Source: Candidatus Palauibacter sp.
GTDB taxonomy: Bacteria > Gemmatimonadota > Gemmatimonadetes > Palauibacterales > Palauibacteraceae
Direction of reading: 5' to 3'
Assembly: GCF_965261555.1 (NCBI RefSeq)
Contig: NZ_OZ253465.1
Location: 2,649,318-2,713,317, forward strand
Length of the DNA stretch: 64,000 nucleotides
The position numbers were made by a program, and so were the translations under genes. The notes beneath the pieces are model-generated. The model saw only the letters and a list, made by a program, of their open reading frames with translations, had not been told where the DNA came from and made no database searches. Positions 10,381-21,518 of this stretch are shown here, piece by piece. Numbering within the stretch: position 1 is the stretch's first letter; each line of letters opens with the position of its first letter.

Positions 10381-10836
10381 TCAGCCTCGTTGATCCGTGG
10401 ACTCCTCTTCGTCACACACCGCGCACGAGCCCGCGCCGGCCTGGCAGACACGGGCGCCCTGAAAAAGCGCGCCTGCGAGGACCAGGCTCCCGGCGGTCGA
10501 CGTCGCGGTCTCGGGCAGCGGCTCGAGCCAACCGGCGAGGGAGGCGAACCAGAGTGCGGTCCCCCCCGCGAAGATGAGCATCACCGCCGCGTTCCTGCGG
10601 GCCGGGCCCAGGACGAGCATGACCGCGCCGAGGACGAAGGTCCCGGCCCAGACCGCTCGCTCGACGCCTTCGGAGAGCGCGAGCGCGGGTGCCGCCGCGA
10701 CGAGAAACGGCGTGAGCGCACAATGCACGCCACACCATGCCGCAGCGCACGCCACCACGCGCGATCCTGAAGCCAGAGACGTACCCGACGGGAGCCTCGA
10801 CGGGGCCGTTGCGAGAGTTGCGAGAGAGTTTTTCAT
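10381..10836 (-). CDS. MerC-domain membrane protein
   Basis: WCGVHCALTP resembles the MerC CxxHC motif; about 4 TM helices; Cys-rich tail CQAGAGSCAVC. ATG 10836 preferred over the ORF-track start. Confidence 0.65.
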   Translation of the reverse strand: MKNSLATLATAPSRLPSGTSLASGSRVVACAAAWCGVHCALTPFLVAAAPALALSEGVERAVWAGTFVLGAVMLVLGPARRNAAVMLIFAGGTALWFASLAGWLEPLPETATSTAGSLVLAGALFQGARVCQAGAGSCAVCDEEESTDQRG

Positions 10837-10846
10837 CAGGGCCAGA

Positions 10847-10862
10847 TGATAATGGATTATCA
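10847..10862. promoter_or_regulatory. Fur/Zur-box-like palindrome (7-2-7)
   Basis: TGATAAT-GG-ATTATCA perfect inverted repeat 10 nt upstream of the merC-like start; strongly AT-rich against the background. Confidence 0.75.
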
Positions 10863-10946
10863 ATCGCGTGTCACGAAATCCGCGTCACGGCGGCTGCCCC
10901 CCGGCCCCGGGAGACGACCCCGCGTGTGCGCGCGACGGCGGGGCCG

Positions 10947-12908
10947 TCAGCTTCCCGCGGGAACGGGCCTTCCGACGAAGCGCAGCACGACGATGACCGT
11001 GCCGATCCCCAGCAGATGGGCGATCCAGGGCGACAGTCCGTAAGACGTCCCCACATGGCCGAAGAGCATCGCGGCCACCGCGACGACGAGCGCGTAGGGA
11101 AGTTGCGTCCGCACGTGGTCCATGTGGTCGCACGCCGACGCCATCGAGCTGAGCACGGTCGTGTCGGAGATGGGCGAGCAGTGGTCCCCGAAGATCGACC
11201 CGGCGAGGACCGAACTGATCGAACTCACGAGCAGCTCGCCGCCTCCGGCCTCGAAGCCGGTGGCGCCGCCGAGGGCGACGATGAGCGGGACCACGAGCGG
11301 GAGCAGGATGGTCATCGTGGCCCATGAAGTGCCGGTGCAGAAGCTGACGATCGCGGCCGTCACGAAGGTGATGACCGGGACGAGTTCCGGCGCGAGGTTG
11401 CCTTCGAGGATCTGGGTCAGGTACGGCGCCGTCGCGAGCTGACTCGTGACCTCGCCGAGCGACCACGCGAGGGTGAGGATCACGAACCCCATCGTCATCG
11501 CCCGGATGCCGGCGAGCCAGCCGTCGAGCGCCTGGCTCAGCGTCAGGATGCGCTGCGTCACGGCCAGCCCGATCGCGACCAGGCAGCCGGCGAGCGAACC
11601 CCACAGGATGGCCTTGAACGGGTCCGCCTCGCCGAACGTGTCCCAGAGCGAAGCCGGCCCCACGGCGGCGCGGCCGTCGAAATACAGCCCCAGAAGGACC
11701 GTCAGGACCACCGTCAGCACGGGGATCGCCGCATTGTACCAGCGCAGAGGCACGCCCTCCGGCGCATCGAGCCCCGTCTCCTCCGAGTTCACCATCAACT
11801 GCGACCCCGGCCGGAAGACGCCGCCACCCGTGCGCGCCCTCGTCTCCGCCCCATGCATGGGACCGAAATCCCGCTGCGAGGCGATCACCGCCGCGACCAT
11901 GACCAGGGCGAGGATGGGGTAGAAGAGGTACGGGATGCTGCTCAGGAAGACCGTGAAGGGACTCGCGGAGGCAAGCGCCCCGGCCAGCGCGGGGTCGGCG
12001 GTCTGCTCGGCGGCGATCCGGAGTCCGTCGCGGATCAGCGAGATCTCGAAGCCGACCCACGTCGACACGAAGGCGATCGTAACGACGGGGGCGGCCGTCG
12101 AATCCACGAGGTAGGCCAGCTTCTCCCGCGACACCTTCAGCTTGTCCGTGACGGGGCGGAAGGTGTTCCCGACGATGAGCGTGTTCGCGTAGTCGTCGAA
12201 GAAGATGCCGACGCCCGCGAAGAAGGTGGCGAGTTGCGCGCGGCGCGGCGTGGTGGCCAGCGGCCGCAGGGCTTCGACGATCCCGCGTGTGCCCCCGGAG
12301 CGCGAGATCACCCCCACCATGGCGCTCAGCAGCGCGGAGAACATGAGGATCGAGGCGTTGTCGGTGTCGGCGAGCGAAGGGACGATGAACGTGTCCACGG
12401 TGCGGCCCAACCCGGCGAGCGGGTCGAGGCCGGCGATGAAGAATCCGCCCAGCCAGATCCCGAAGAAGAGCGATACGACGACGTGGCGGAAGATGAGCGC
12501 GAGGGCGATGGCGATGATCGGCGGAAGGAGGCTGATCCAGCCCGGGAATTGCGGCGGATCCACGCTTGCACTCGCCGATCCCTGATCCGAGGTCATCTCC
12601 ACGGAGAGCGGGAGGTCCCCTTCCGCGGCCCGCAGCCCGCTGACGGAGGTCTCGGAGCGGATGGGCAGATCCCCGGCGGCGAGTTCGCGTCCCGAGGCGG
12701 ATGTCACGCGATAGCGGGCGTTCTCCCCGTCCTCCGCATGGAGTGTGAGAGAGAAGGGAACATTCGTGAGGACGACGGCGGGCCCCTCCACGGTGAGCGA
12801 GGGGCCGTCCTGCGCAAAGGCGGTGGCGGGGAGAGAGGCGGGCAGGACGAGCGCCGGCAACAGAAGCCACCGTCCGGCGCGCCGGAAGACGTCGGATCGT
12901 ATGCGCAT
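10947..12908 (-). CDS. Na+/H+ antiporter NhaC-family protein with N-terminal exported domain
   Basis: IFFDDYAN, SREKLAYLVDSTAAPV, GTSWATM, GSIFGDHCSPISDTT, HMDHVRTQLPYAL. Confidence 0.9.
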   Translation of the reverse strand: MRIRSDVFRRAGRWLLLPALVLPASLPATAFAQDGPSLTVEGPAVVLTNVPFSLTLHAEDGENARYRVTSASGRELAAGDLPIRSETSVSGLRAAEGDLPLSVEMTSDQGSASASVDPPQFPGWISLLPPIIAIALALIFRHVVVSLFFGIWLGGFFIAGLDPLAGLGRTVDTFIVPSLADTDNASILMFSALLSAMVGVISRSGGTRGIVEALRPLATTPRRAQLATFFAGVGIFFDDYANTLIVGNTFRPVTDKLKVSREKLAYLVDSTAAPVVTIAFVSTWVGFEISLIRDGLRIAAEQTADPALAGALASASPFTVFLSSIPYLFYPILALVMVAAVIASQRDFGPMHGAETRARTGGGVFRPGSQLMVNSEETGLDAPEGVPLRWYNAAIPVLTVVLTVLLGLYFDGRAAVGPASLWDTFGEADPFKAILWGSLAGCLVAIGLAVTQRILTLSQALDGWLAGIRAMTMGFVILTLAWSLGEVTSQLATAPYLTQILEGNLAPELVPVITFVTAAIVSFCTGTSWATMTILLPLVVPLIVALGGATGFEAGGGELLVSSISSVLAGSIFGDHCSPISDTTVLSSMASACDHMDHVRTQLPYALVVAVAAMLFGHVGTSYGLSPWIAHLLGIGTVIVVLRFVGRPVPAGS

Positions 12909-12979
12909 GCCCGAACCTACCGGAGCGATCTCGCGAGGGTCAACGCAGGTTGGCGCGGGGAGAGGGGAGGCGGGCGACG

Positions 12980-13008
12980 TTGATCGCGGCAGGGGCGCGA
13001 TCTATACT
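12980..13008 (+). promoter_or_regulatory. Sigma-70 promoter of the pyr operon
   Basis: TTGATC-N17-TATACT. Confidence 0.65.
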
Positions 13009-13090
13009 CCCGCCCGACCGGGGCCGCTCGGCAGCCACGGGCTGCTGACGCCGAGCCGCCCGCGACGGATCGAGCGAAGCCGAGACGACA

Positions 13091-13642
13091 CTGACGCACA
13101 ACGTCCTCGACGAGGCCGCTGCCCGAGGGCTCCTTGCCGAGCTTTCCGCGCAGCTTGACCGGGCGATCGAGCCCGACGCCCGCCTCATCCTCATCGGCAT
13201 CCACCGTCGCGGCGATTCGATCGCGGCCGAGATCGGCCGTCACCTCGAGCCGACGCGCGGCCCCGTTCCCATCGGCTCGCTCGACATCACGCTCTATCGC
13301 GACGATTTCGGGCAGGTCGGCGCGCTCCCTCTCGTCGGGACCACCCGCATCCCGGAGTCCATCGAAGACGCGCACATCGTCATCGTCGACGACGTGCTCC
13401 ACACCGGACGAACGATCCGGGCCGCGCTCCGGGAGCTGTCGGACTTCGGGCGGGCGCGCCGGATACAGCTCTGCGTCCTCGTGGATCGCGGGGGGCGCCA
13501 GCTCCCGATCCAGCCCGACTACGTCGGCCGCGTGGTCGAAGTCGGCCCCAACCAGGACGTGGCGGTGCGCGTCGCGGACACGGACGGCGACTGGGGCGTC
13601 GACATCATCGCCCTGCGCGCCGCTCCGGAGGCGGGAGCATGA
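13091..13642 (+). CDS. pyrR: Bifunctional pyr regulator / uracil phosphoribosyltransferase (non-canonical start, probably CTG)
   Basis: Frame reads LTHNVLDE...LIGIHRRG...[11 protein letters not shown]...[18 protein letters not shown]...[17 protein letters not shown]. There is an in-frame TGA at 13046-13048 and no ATG/GTG/TTG before 13394. Confidence 0.9.
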   Translation: MTHNVLDEAAARGLLAELSAQLDRAIEPDARLILIGIHRRGDSIAAEIGRHLEPTRGPVPIGSLDITLYRDDFGQVGALPLVGTTRIPESIEDAHIVIVDDVLHTGRTIRAALRELSDFGRARRIQLCVLVDRGGRQLPIQPDYVGRVVEVGPNQDVAVRVADTDGDWGVDIIALRAAPEAGA

Positions 13643-14613
13643 CGACCCAGGGCCGGGAACCCGGGTTCGGAAAGGACCTCATCGGACTCGAATCCCTCAC
13701 GGGGGGCCAGATCGAGGCGATTCTCGATACCGCGGAGCCCTTCAAGGAGATCAGCGAGCGCAAGATCAAGAAGGTGCCGGTCCTCCGCGGGCAGACGATC
13801 GTCAACCTCTTCCTCGAACCCTCGACCCGGACCCGCATCAGCTTCGAGTTCGCGGAGAAGCGGCTCTCGGCCGATACGGTGAACATCTCCTCCGCGGGTT
13901 CCTCGGTGCAGAAGGGCGAGACGCTCGTCGACACGGCGCGCAACCTCGAGGCGATGAGGATTCACATGGTCGTCGTGCGTCACGGATCATCCGGGGCGGC
14001 GAAGTTCCTCGCGGACCGGATTCCCTCCAACGTCATCAACGCCGGCGACGGTCAGCACGAGCATCCCACGCAGGCCCTCCTCGACCTGTTGACGATCCGG
14101 GACCGGTTCGGGGCCATCGCGGGCCGGCGCGTCTGCATCGTCGGCGACATCCTGCACTCGCGAGTCGCGCGCTCGAACATCTGGGGCCTCCTGAAATGCG
14201 GGGCCGACGTCGCCGTGTGCGGGCCGCACACCCTGATCCCGGCAGGGATCGGGGAGCTGGGCGTGCAGCGGCTGGGCTCGATCGAAGAGGCGATCGAGTG
14301 GTGCGACGTCCTCTACGTGCTGCGGCTTCAGCTGGAGCGGATGGAGGGCGGCTACGTCCCGTCGCTGCGCGAGTACAACCGGGTGTTCGGCGTCAGTTCC
14401 GAGCGCCTCGGTCGCGCCGGCGACGAGATGATCGTCCTCCACCCCGGGCCCATGAATCGGGGCGTCGAGATCGACTCCGATGTGGCGGACGGTCCGCGCT
14501 CGGTGATCCTTCCGCAGGTGACGAACGGGGTCGCCGTGCGGATGGCCGTCCTCTATCTGCTCGCGGGCGGACGCCCGGAGCTGGCCGAAGACGCCAAGGC
14601 GGCGGCACCGTGA
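13639..14613 (+). CDS. pyrB: Aspartate carbamoyltransferase catalytic subunit
   Basis: [41 protein letters not shown]. Confidence 0.97.
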   Translation: MTTQGREPGFGKDLIGLESLTGGQIEAILDTAEPFKEISERKIKKVPVLRGQTIVNLFLEPSTRTRISFEFAEKRLSADTVNISSAGSSVQKGETLVDTARNLEAMRIHMVVVRHGSSGAAKFLADRIPSNVINAGDGQHEHPTQALLDLLTIRDRFGAIAGRRVCIVGDILHSRVARSNIWGLLKCGADVAVCGPHTLIPAGIGELGVQRLGSIEEAIEWCDVLYVLRLQLERMEGGYVPSLREYNRVFGVSSERLGRAGDEMIVLHPGPMNRGVEIDSDVADGPRSVILPQVTNGVAVRMAVLYLLAGGRPELAEDAKAAAP

Positions 14614-15908
14614 GCGGATCGTTCCTTCTCACCGGCGGCCGGGTGATCGATCCCTCCTCGGGGCTGGACGAGGTGCGGGACGTCCTCGTGCGGGATGGAC
14701 GGGTCGAAGCGGTCGAGCAGGGCGTGGCGGGGCCGGAGGGCATCCCCCGGATCGAGGCGGAGGGACTCGTCGTCGCGCCTGGGCTGATCGACGTGCACGT
14801 CCACCTGAGGGAACCGGGCGCGGAGCACAAGGAGACGATCCGCACGGGCGCGCAGTCCGCGGCGGCGGGCGGCTTCACGACGATCTGGGCGATGCCGAAC
14901 ACGGATCCGCCGCTCGACGACCCCGCCGCGGTCGGCTTCGTGCGGGAAGAGGCGCGGCGCTGGGCGCGGAAGGGGGAGGGCGGGGCGCGCGTGAGTCCCG
15001 TGGCCGCCGCCTCGCTCGGCCTCGCCGGCGAACAGATGACCGAAATCGGCGGCCTGGTCGAGGCGGGCGCGGTCGCGGTCACCGACGACGGACACCCGAT
15101 CCACGATCCGGCGCTCATGCGGCGCCTGCTCGAGTACACCCAGTCCTTCGGGATCCCCGTCCTTCAGCACGCGGAGGACATGGCGCTCTCGGCCGGAGGG
15201 GTGATGAACGAAGGCGCCGTGGCCACCGCGCTCGGCCTGCGCGGGATCCCGAACGCCTCGGAGGCCACGGTCGTCGCGCGGGACATCTATCTCGCCGAAC
15301 TCACGGGCGGGCACGTACACGTTCAGCACGTCTCGACCCGTGAAGCGGTCGAACTCATCCGCCTCGCGCGCGAGCGCGGCGTGCGGGTGAGCGGCGAGGC
15401 TTCACCGCACCACATGGCGCTGACCGAAGAGGCGGTACGCGGCTACCGCACGGAGGCGAAGATGAACCCGCCGCTCCGGTCCGCGGCCGACCGCCGGGCG
15501 GTCCGGCAGGGGCTCATCGACGGCGTGCTGGAGTGCGTGGCCACGGACCACGCGCCGCACCACTACGAGGAAAAGGAACGCGAGTTCGACGATGCGCCGT
15601 TCGGCATCGTCGGTCTCGAGACCGCGCTCGCCGTGTGCATCGGCGAACTCGTGAAGCCGGGAGATCTCCCGCTCTTCGAGCTCGTCGAGCGGATGTCCAC
15701 GGCGCCGGCCCGGTTGATGGGGATCGAGGGCGGCACGCTGCGCCCCGGAAGTCGAGCGGATCTCGTCCTCTTCGATCCGGAGGAGGAGTGGACGGTCGAC
15801 CCCGCGAGCTTCCGCTCGAAGAGCCGGAACACGCCGTTCGGCGGTTGGGAGGTGACGGGCCGCGTGAAGTGCACGATCGTCGGCGGCGAGACCCGCTACC
15901 GCGACTAG
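14610..15908 (+). CDS. pyrC: Dihydroorotase
   Basis: GTG overlaps the pyrB stop; [40 protein letters not shown]. Confidence 0.95.
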   Translation: MSGSFLLTGGRVIDPSSGLDEVRDVLVRDGRVEAVEQGVAGPEGIPRIEAEGLVVAPGLIDVHVHLREPGAEHKETIRTGAQSAAAGGFTTIWAMPNTDPPLDDPAAVGFVREEARRWARKGEGGARVSPVAAASLGLAGEQMTEIGGLVEAGAVAVTDDGHPIHDPALMRRLLEYTQSFGIPVLQHAEDMALSAGGVMNEGAVATALGLRGIPNASEATVVARDIYLAELTGGHVHVQHVSTREAVELIRLARERGVRVSGEASPHHMALTEEAVRGYRTEAKMNPPLRSAADRRAVRQGLIDGVLECVATDHAPHHYEEKEREFDDAPFGIVGLETALAVCIGELVKPGDLPLFELVERMSTAPARLMGIEGGTLRPGSRADLVLFDPEEEWTVDPASFRSKSRNTPFGGWEVTGRVKCTIVGGETRYRD

Positions 15909-15972
15909 CCCGCGCCGGCCTGGGCGGCCTGGCAGGCGGTGGCAAGACCCCGCTGCCGGGCGGGGCGGGACG

Positions 15973-16227
15973 CTACCCCAGGCTGTTGACGTGCCGCGCC
16001 GCTCGCGCCTTCTGGCGGGCCGCGGTGTTCGCCTTGATGACGTTTCGCCGGGTCGCTCTGTCGAGAATGCGGTACAGTTCGGACAGCGCCGGCGTTGCCT
16101 CGTCCGGCGATTTCGTGGCGAGGAGGTGCTTGGTCCTCGTCCGGATCTCGGACCGCACCTGGCGGTTCCGGAGTCTCCGCGCGCGCGACTGGCGCAGCCG
16201 TTTCTTCTGACTCTCGTTATTCGGCAT
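15973..16227 (-). CDS. rpsT: 30S ribosomal protein S20
   Basis: MPNNESQKKRLRQS...RN...IKANTAARQKAR; A-rich leader with AAGGA. Confidence 0.9.
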   Translation of the reverse strand: MPNNESQKKRLRQSRARRLRNRQVRSEIRTRTKHLLATKSPDEATPALSELYRILDRATRRNVIKANTAARQKARAARHVNSLG

Positions 16228-16467
16228 TCGATTCCTTCTTTTTTCTTCCCTCTGCGGCGGGTCGGCGCGGCGGGTTGCAGGCGGCCGCTCCGATCCGTCC
16301 AAAAATCAACGCGGGAACATACGAGACTTGCCCGATACCTCCAACTCGGAATGTCCGGCGGAACGCGGGTGTCGGGGGTACGCGCCGCGGGTATGCCCGT
16401 GCTACATTGGGCACGGATCGGTCGGCGATCCTCGGTTTCCGCCGGCCCGAGCGTGCAGGGAGGTTCC

Positions 16468-17244
16468 TTGACGGCGGTTCCCAACCGACTTCCAAGCCAG
16501 CGGGCGGCGCAGCCGTTCGTCGTGGAGCTCGACCGGTTTCAGGGTCCCCTCGATCTTCTCCTGCACCTCATCCGTTCGCAGGACATCGACATCTTCGATA
16601 TCCCGATCTCCACCATAACCCGGCAGTTCCAGGAAGCCCTCACCGAGGGCCTCGACCGCCTGGAGCTCGATCGCGCCGGGGAGTTTCTGGAGCTCGCCGC
16701 GACCCTGGTCCACATCAAGGCGCAACTCCTGCTGCCGGGGCGCAGCGACACGGAATGGGAAGATGATCCCCGGGCCGAACTCGTGCGGCGTCTCCTGGAG
16801 TATGAGCTGTTTCAGGAGATTGCGCGGACGCTGGGCGCAGCCGAACTGGAGCGGCGGCGACACATGTCGAAGGGCTTCCTGCCTCCGCGGCCTCCGCGCG
16901 AGGCCGAGGACCTCGAACTCGCGACGACGCCCGACGACTTCCTTGCGGTGCTCGGCGATATCCGGGGACCGGATCCCATCACGACGCATGTCGCCCCCAT
17001 ACGCATCGTCCCGGTCGAGGACAAGATCGTCGTCATCCGACGTCTACTGGGCGAGAGCCGCCGGGTGCCGTTCAATCGGCTGTTCGATTCGTGGCAGGAG
17101 CGGCAGCACGTCGTCGCGGCGCTGCTCGCCTGTCTGGAACTCGCCAGACAGCAGCTCCTGAGGCTGGAGCAGGTGAAGCGATTCGGTGCGATCTGGCTCT
17201 TCGGACCCCGCTCGCGGGATAACGGGGGAGAGGGGACGGCGTGA
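16468..17244 (+). CDS. scpA: Segregation/condensation protein A
   Basis: FQGPLDLLLHLI, DIFDIPI, AGEFLELAATL..IK, DPRAELVRRLLEY; TTG start after SD GGGAGG. Confidence 0.92.
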   Translation: MTAVPNRLPSQRAAQPFVVELDRFQGPLDLLLHLIRSQDIDIFDIPISTITRQFQEALTEGLDRLELDRAGEFLELAATLVHIKAQLLLPGRSDTEWEDDPRAELVRRLLEYELFQEIARTLGAAELERRRHMSKGFLPPRPPREAEDLELATTPDDFLAVLGDIRGPDPITTHVAPIRIVPVEDKIVVIRRLLGESRRVPFNRLFDSWQERQHVVAALLACLELARQQLLRLEQVKRFGAIWLFGPRSRDNGGEGTA

Positions 17245-17822
17245 GTCCCGAGCAGATCGTGGAAGCCGCACTGTTCGCCAGTCAGACGCCGCTCACCGCG
17301 CGCGAACTCGCCCGGGCGGACGACGCGCTCGACGTCCGGCGCGTCCGTGAGGCGCTCGCCGCGCTGCGCGAGCACTACGACACGGACGGACGGGCCTTCC
17401 AGGTCTATCAGCTGGGGGACGGATTCCAGATCCTTACGCGTCCGGAATTCGTGCCGTACCTCGAGCGGTTCGAGTCGGTGCCCCGGCCTCCGACGCTTTC
17501 CCGGGCTGCGCTCGAGACGCTCGCGATCATCGCGTACCGGCAGCCCATCGGCCGGATCGAGGTCGAGGAGATCCGGGGCGTGGCGTCCACTTCGGTGCTG
17601 CGCACTCTCCAGGACTGGGAGCTGATCGAGGTCACGGGGCGGGGGGAGGGGCTCGGGCGGCCGCTCCTCTACGGGACGACAGCCCGTTTTCTGGATCACT
17701 TCGCCCTGCAGTCGCTGGATGATCTCCCGGCGCCGGAGGAGCTGTCCGTGGCGCTCGTGCGCACCGACTCGGAGGCGTTCACCGATGGCGCGCCGCCGCC
17801 GGAAGAACCTGGCGAGAGCTAG
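17241..17822 (+). CDS. scpB: SMC-Scp complex subunit ScpB
   Basis: VEAALF, LSRAALETLAIIAYRQP, IRGV, GRPLLYGTT..FL..F. Confidence 0.96.
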   Translation: MSPEQIVEAALFASQTPLTARELARADDALDVRRVREALAALREHYDTDGRAFQVYQLGDGFQILTRPEFVPYLERFESVPRPPTLSRAALETLAIIAYRQPIGRIEVEEIRGVASTSVLRTLQDWELIEVTGRGEGLGRPLLYGTTARFLDHFALQSLDDLPAPEELSVALVRTDSEAFTDGAPPPEEPGES

Positions 17823-17844
17823 CCACACCGGGTGCCGACGGCTC

Positions 17845-18585
17845 ATGCGACTGCAGAAGTATCTTGCCAGGGCAGGGGTGGCTTCCCGCCGCGGGAGCGA
17901 AGATCTCATCGTCAGCGGCCGCGTCCGCGTGAACGGCGAAGTCGTGACGAAGCTCGGGACCACGGTGGATCCGGATTCCGCACACGTCGAACTGGACCGC
18001 CGCCGCGTCCGCCTGAAGCCGGTACTCTGGCTGGCGCTCAACAAGCCGCCGGGGTACACGTGCACGCGGCATGATCCCCGCGGGCGTCCGATCATCTACG
18101 ATCTGCTCGCCGCCGAGGTCCGCCACCTGCCTCACGTCGGCCGGCTGGATTTCATGAGCGAGGGTCTCCTCCTCCTGTCGAATGAAGGGGACGTCGTACA
18201 TCGGCTCCTCCACCCCCGGACCGGAATCGAGCGGGTCTACCACGCGAGACTGCGCGGGCCCGTGACGGCCGAGCTTCCGGAGCGGCTGCGGGCCGGCGTG
18301 GCGCTCGAAGACGGACCCGCACGAGCCCGCCGCGCACGCTGGATCACGCCACCGCATACGTCGTCGCCCACCGTCGAGATCGTCCTGGCGGAAGGAAGAA
18401 ACCGGGAGATTCGACGCATGCTCGCCTCGCTCGGCGTCACGCTGCTGAGGTTGTGCAGGACCTCGTTCGGTCCGATTCGACTGGGCGCTCTGGCAGCGGG
18501 AGCGACCCGTGAGTTGTCTCCGAAGGAGCGGGCGGCGCTCAAGCGTGCGGCGGGCCCCGCTTGCTCCGGGGCGGTTCTGGAGTGA
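17845..18585 (+). CDS. rluB: RluB/RsuA-family pseudouridine synthase
   Basis: MRLQKYLARAGVASRR S4 domain, LNKP, VGRLD, EGRNREIRRM; usual position after scpAB. Confidence 0.85.
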   Translation: MRLQKYLARAGVASRRGSEDLIVSGRVRVNGEVVTKLGTTVDPDSAHVELDRRRVRLKPVLWLALNKPPGYTCTRHDPRGRPIIYDLLAAEVRHLPHVGRLDFMSEGLLLLSNEGDVVHRLLHPRTGIERVYHARLRGPVTAELPERLRAGVALEDGPARARRARWITPPHTSSPTVEIVLAEGRNREIRRMLASLGVTLLRLCRTSFGPIRLGALAAGATRELSPKERAALKRAAGPACSGAVLE

Positions 18586-18634
18586 ACATCGGGCGGCTGG
18601 CAGACTGACCATCACCGCGACAGCGAGAAGGCGC

Positions 18635-19653
<1,019 letters not shown>

Positions 19654-19657
<4 letters not shown>

Positions 19658-20586
19658 GGCTGCCCGACTTCCTGTGGCGCCCGCGACGGCCGGCGCCGAC
19701 GGCCGACTCCGGCGCCGCGTCGAAAGAGGTTCGGCGGCTGGAGTTGAAGAGCCGGCGGTTCATGGACAACCCGGCTCTCGGACCTTACCCGTCGCTCTTC
19801 CGCGGGCACGGCATCGAGTTCTCGGAAGTCCGCGAGTATCAGCCGGGCGACCCGTTCCAGGCGATCGACTGGAAGGTGACCGCCCGCATGCGCCGCCCAT
19901 ACGTGAAGCGTTTCGTGGAGGAACGGGAACTTGCCGTTCTCCTCGTCGTCGATGTCTCCGCCTCGAACGAGTTCGGCACGCGGAAGGCCCTGAAGCGCGA
20001 TCTCGTCGCGGAGGTGGCGAGCACCCTCGCCCTCGCGGCGATGCGGGCGGGAGATCCGGTGGGCATGCTTCTCTTCAGCGACCGGATCGAGTGCTACGCG
20101 CGGCCGGCACGGGGCCGCAACCGCAACCTCCGCCTCCTGCATGAACTGGTTTCCGTCCGGCCGGAGGGGAAGGGGACGGACCTCGACCTCGCGCTCGTCA
20201 CCGCGGCGCGCATGCTGACCGTCCGCTCGCTCGTGTTCGTGATCTCGGATTTCGTGGGCGCCGGGAACCTGGCCCGACCGCTGCTGGGGCTCTCGGGCCG
20301 CCACGACGTCATCGCGCTCGCGATCGATGACCCCGCGGAAACGACGATCCCCGCATCGGGCTGGGTGGAAGTCGTGGACCCGGAAACGGGGGATCGTGCC
20401 GTGGTCGACCTCGGGGACGCGGCGCTTCGGCAGCGGCTCGCGGAGCACGCGACCACGGGAGCTCGGGCGCTGGAACGGCTGTGCGCGCGCTGCCATGTCG
20501 ACCTCATGCGGCTGCGCACCGACACCCCGTACGAGTCCCGGCTCTCCGGCTTTTTCGCGGCCCGCGGCCGGCGGAGGCTCCGGTGA
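19654..20586 (+). CDS. DUF58 domain protein
   Basis: GIEFSEVREYQPGD..IDWKVTAR, FVEERE, DVSAS, VISDF. Confidence 0.92.
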
Positions 20587-21518
20587 GGCGATCCCGGCGG
20601 ACGGTCCGGATGGCCCTGGGCCTGGGGCTGGGACTCGCCCCGGGTCTGGCCGCGCAGTCGGCGGTCGACCTCGATGCGACGGTGCTCCCGCCGTCCGTCC
20701 GGGTCGGCGAGGAGTTCACGGTCCGCCTCATCGTCGGGCAGGAGAGATCCGGAGAGGTCCGTTTCCCCGCGCTCATCGACGGGCCGGAGTCGATCGAGCA
20801 GACCGGACCGGTGCAGATCCGGTCCGTCGAGGACGGTCGGCGCTGGGAAGCGGAGTACCCGATGCGTGCGTGGCGCGCGGATACGCTCGTCATCCCGCCG
20901 GTGGAGGTGGAACTCGCGTCCGCGGGCGGCGTGACCCGTCGGCTGCAGCCCCCGCCGGTCCCCGTCGTGAGCGTGCTTCCGGCCGCGGAGGATCCGCTCG
21001 AGTTGAGGGATGCCCGGCCCCTGCTGAGTCTGCGGGCGCTGCCCTGGTGGCTGCTCCCGCTGGCTGCGGCGCTCGCCGGGCTCGCCTGGTGGACCTGGGG
21101 CCGCCGGGACGCGGCGACCGCCGCCGAAGTCCCCCTCGGCCCCGGCGACCTCGCGCTTCGCGAACTCGCGCGCCTTCGCGAGGGGTGGGTCGGGCAGGAG
21201 ATGAGCGGCGACCGATTCTACGATGGCTACGAGGACACGCTTAGACGTTATGCGGATGTGACGCGCGGCTGGGCGCCCTCGAAGGAACTCCTCGGACTCG
21301 GCGGTTCCGATTCCGGGCTCCTCACGGCTCTCCGCCACTCGATTCTGGCCCGTTTCGCGCGCATGCGGACGGAGTGGGAAGGCCCGCTCGGCGACCTGGA
21401 CGTCGGCGAGGCGTTCGTGCGGGCGGACATGGCGGATTCGCCTCCGGCGGATGGGTCCGGCGAGCCGGACGCCGCTGAAGCCGAAGCCGGCCCGAGCGGG
21501 AACGGAGGCGGCGCATGA
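20583..21518 (+). CDS. Bat-operon-associated membrane protein (exported beta domain plus one TM)
   Basis: Signal peptide, VRVGEEFTV beta-rich domain, TM segment WWLLPLAAALAGLAWW; overlaps both neighbours. Confidence 0.65.
   Translation: MRRSRRTVRMALGLGLGLAPGLAAQSAVDLDATVLPPSVRVGEEFTVRLIVGQERSGEVRFPALIDGPESIEQTGPVQIRSVEDGRRWEAEYPMRAWRADTLVIPPVEVELASAGGVTRRLQPPPVPVVSVLPAAEDPLELRDARPLLSLRALPWWLLPLAAALAGLAWWTWGRRDAATAAEVPLGPGDLALRELARLREGWVGQEMSGDRFYDGYEDTLRRYADVTRGWAPSKELLGLGGSDSGLLTALRHSILARFARMRTEWEGPLGDLDVGEAFVRADMADSPPADGSGEPDAAEAEAGPSGNGGGA

Noticed and set aside
13134-14609. Apparent 490-aa N-terminal extension of PyrC (924-aa ORF)
   Set aside because: An Arg/Ser-rich alternative frame overlapping pyrR and pyrB. 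The real start is the GTG at 14610 coupled to the pyrB stop.
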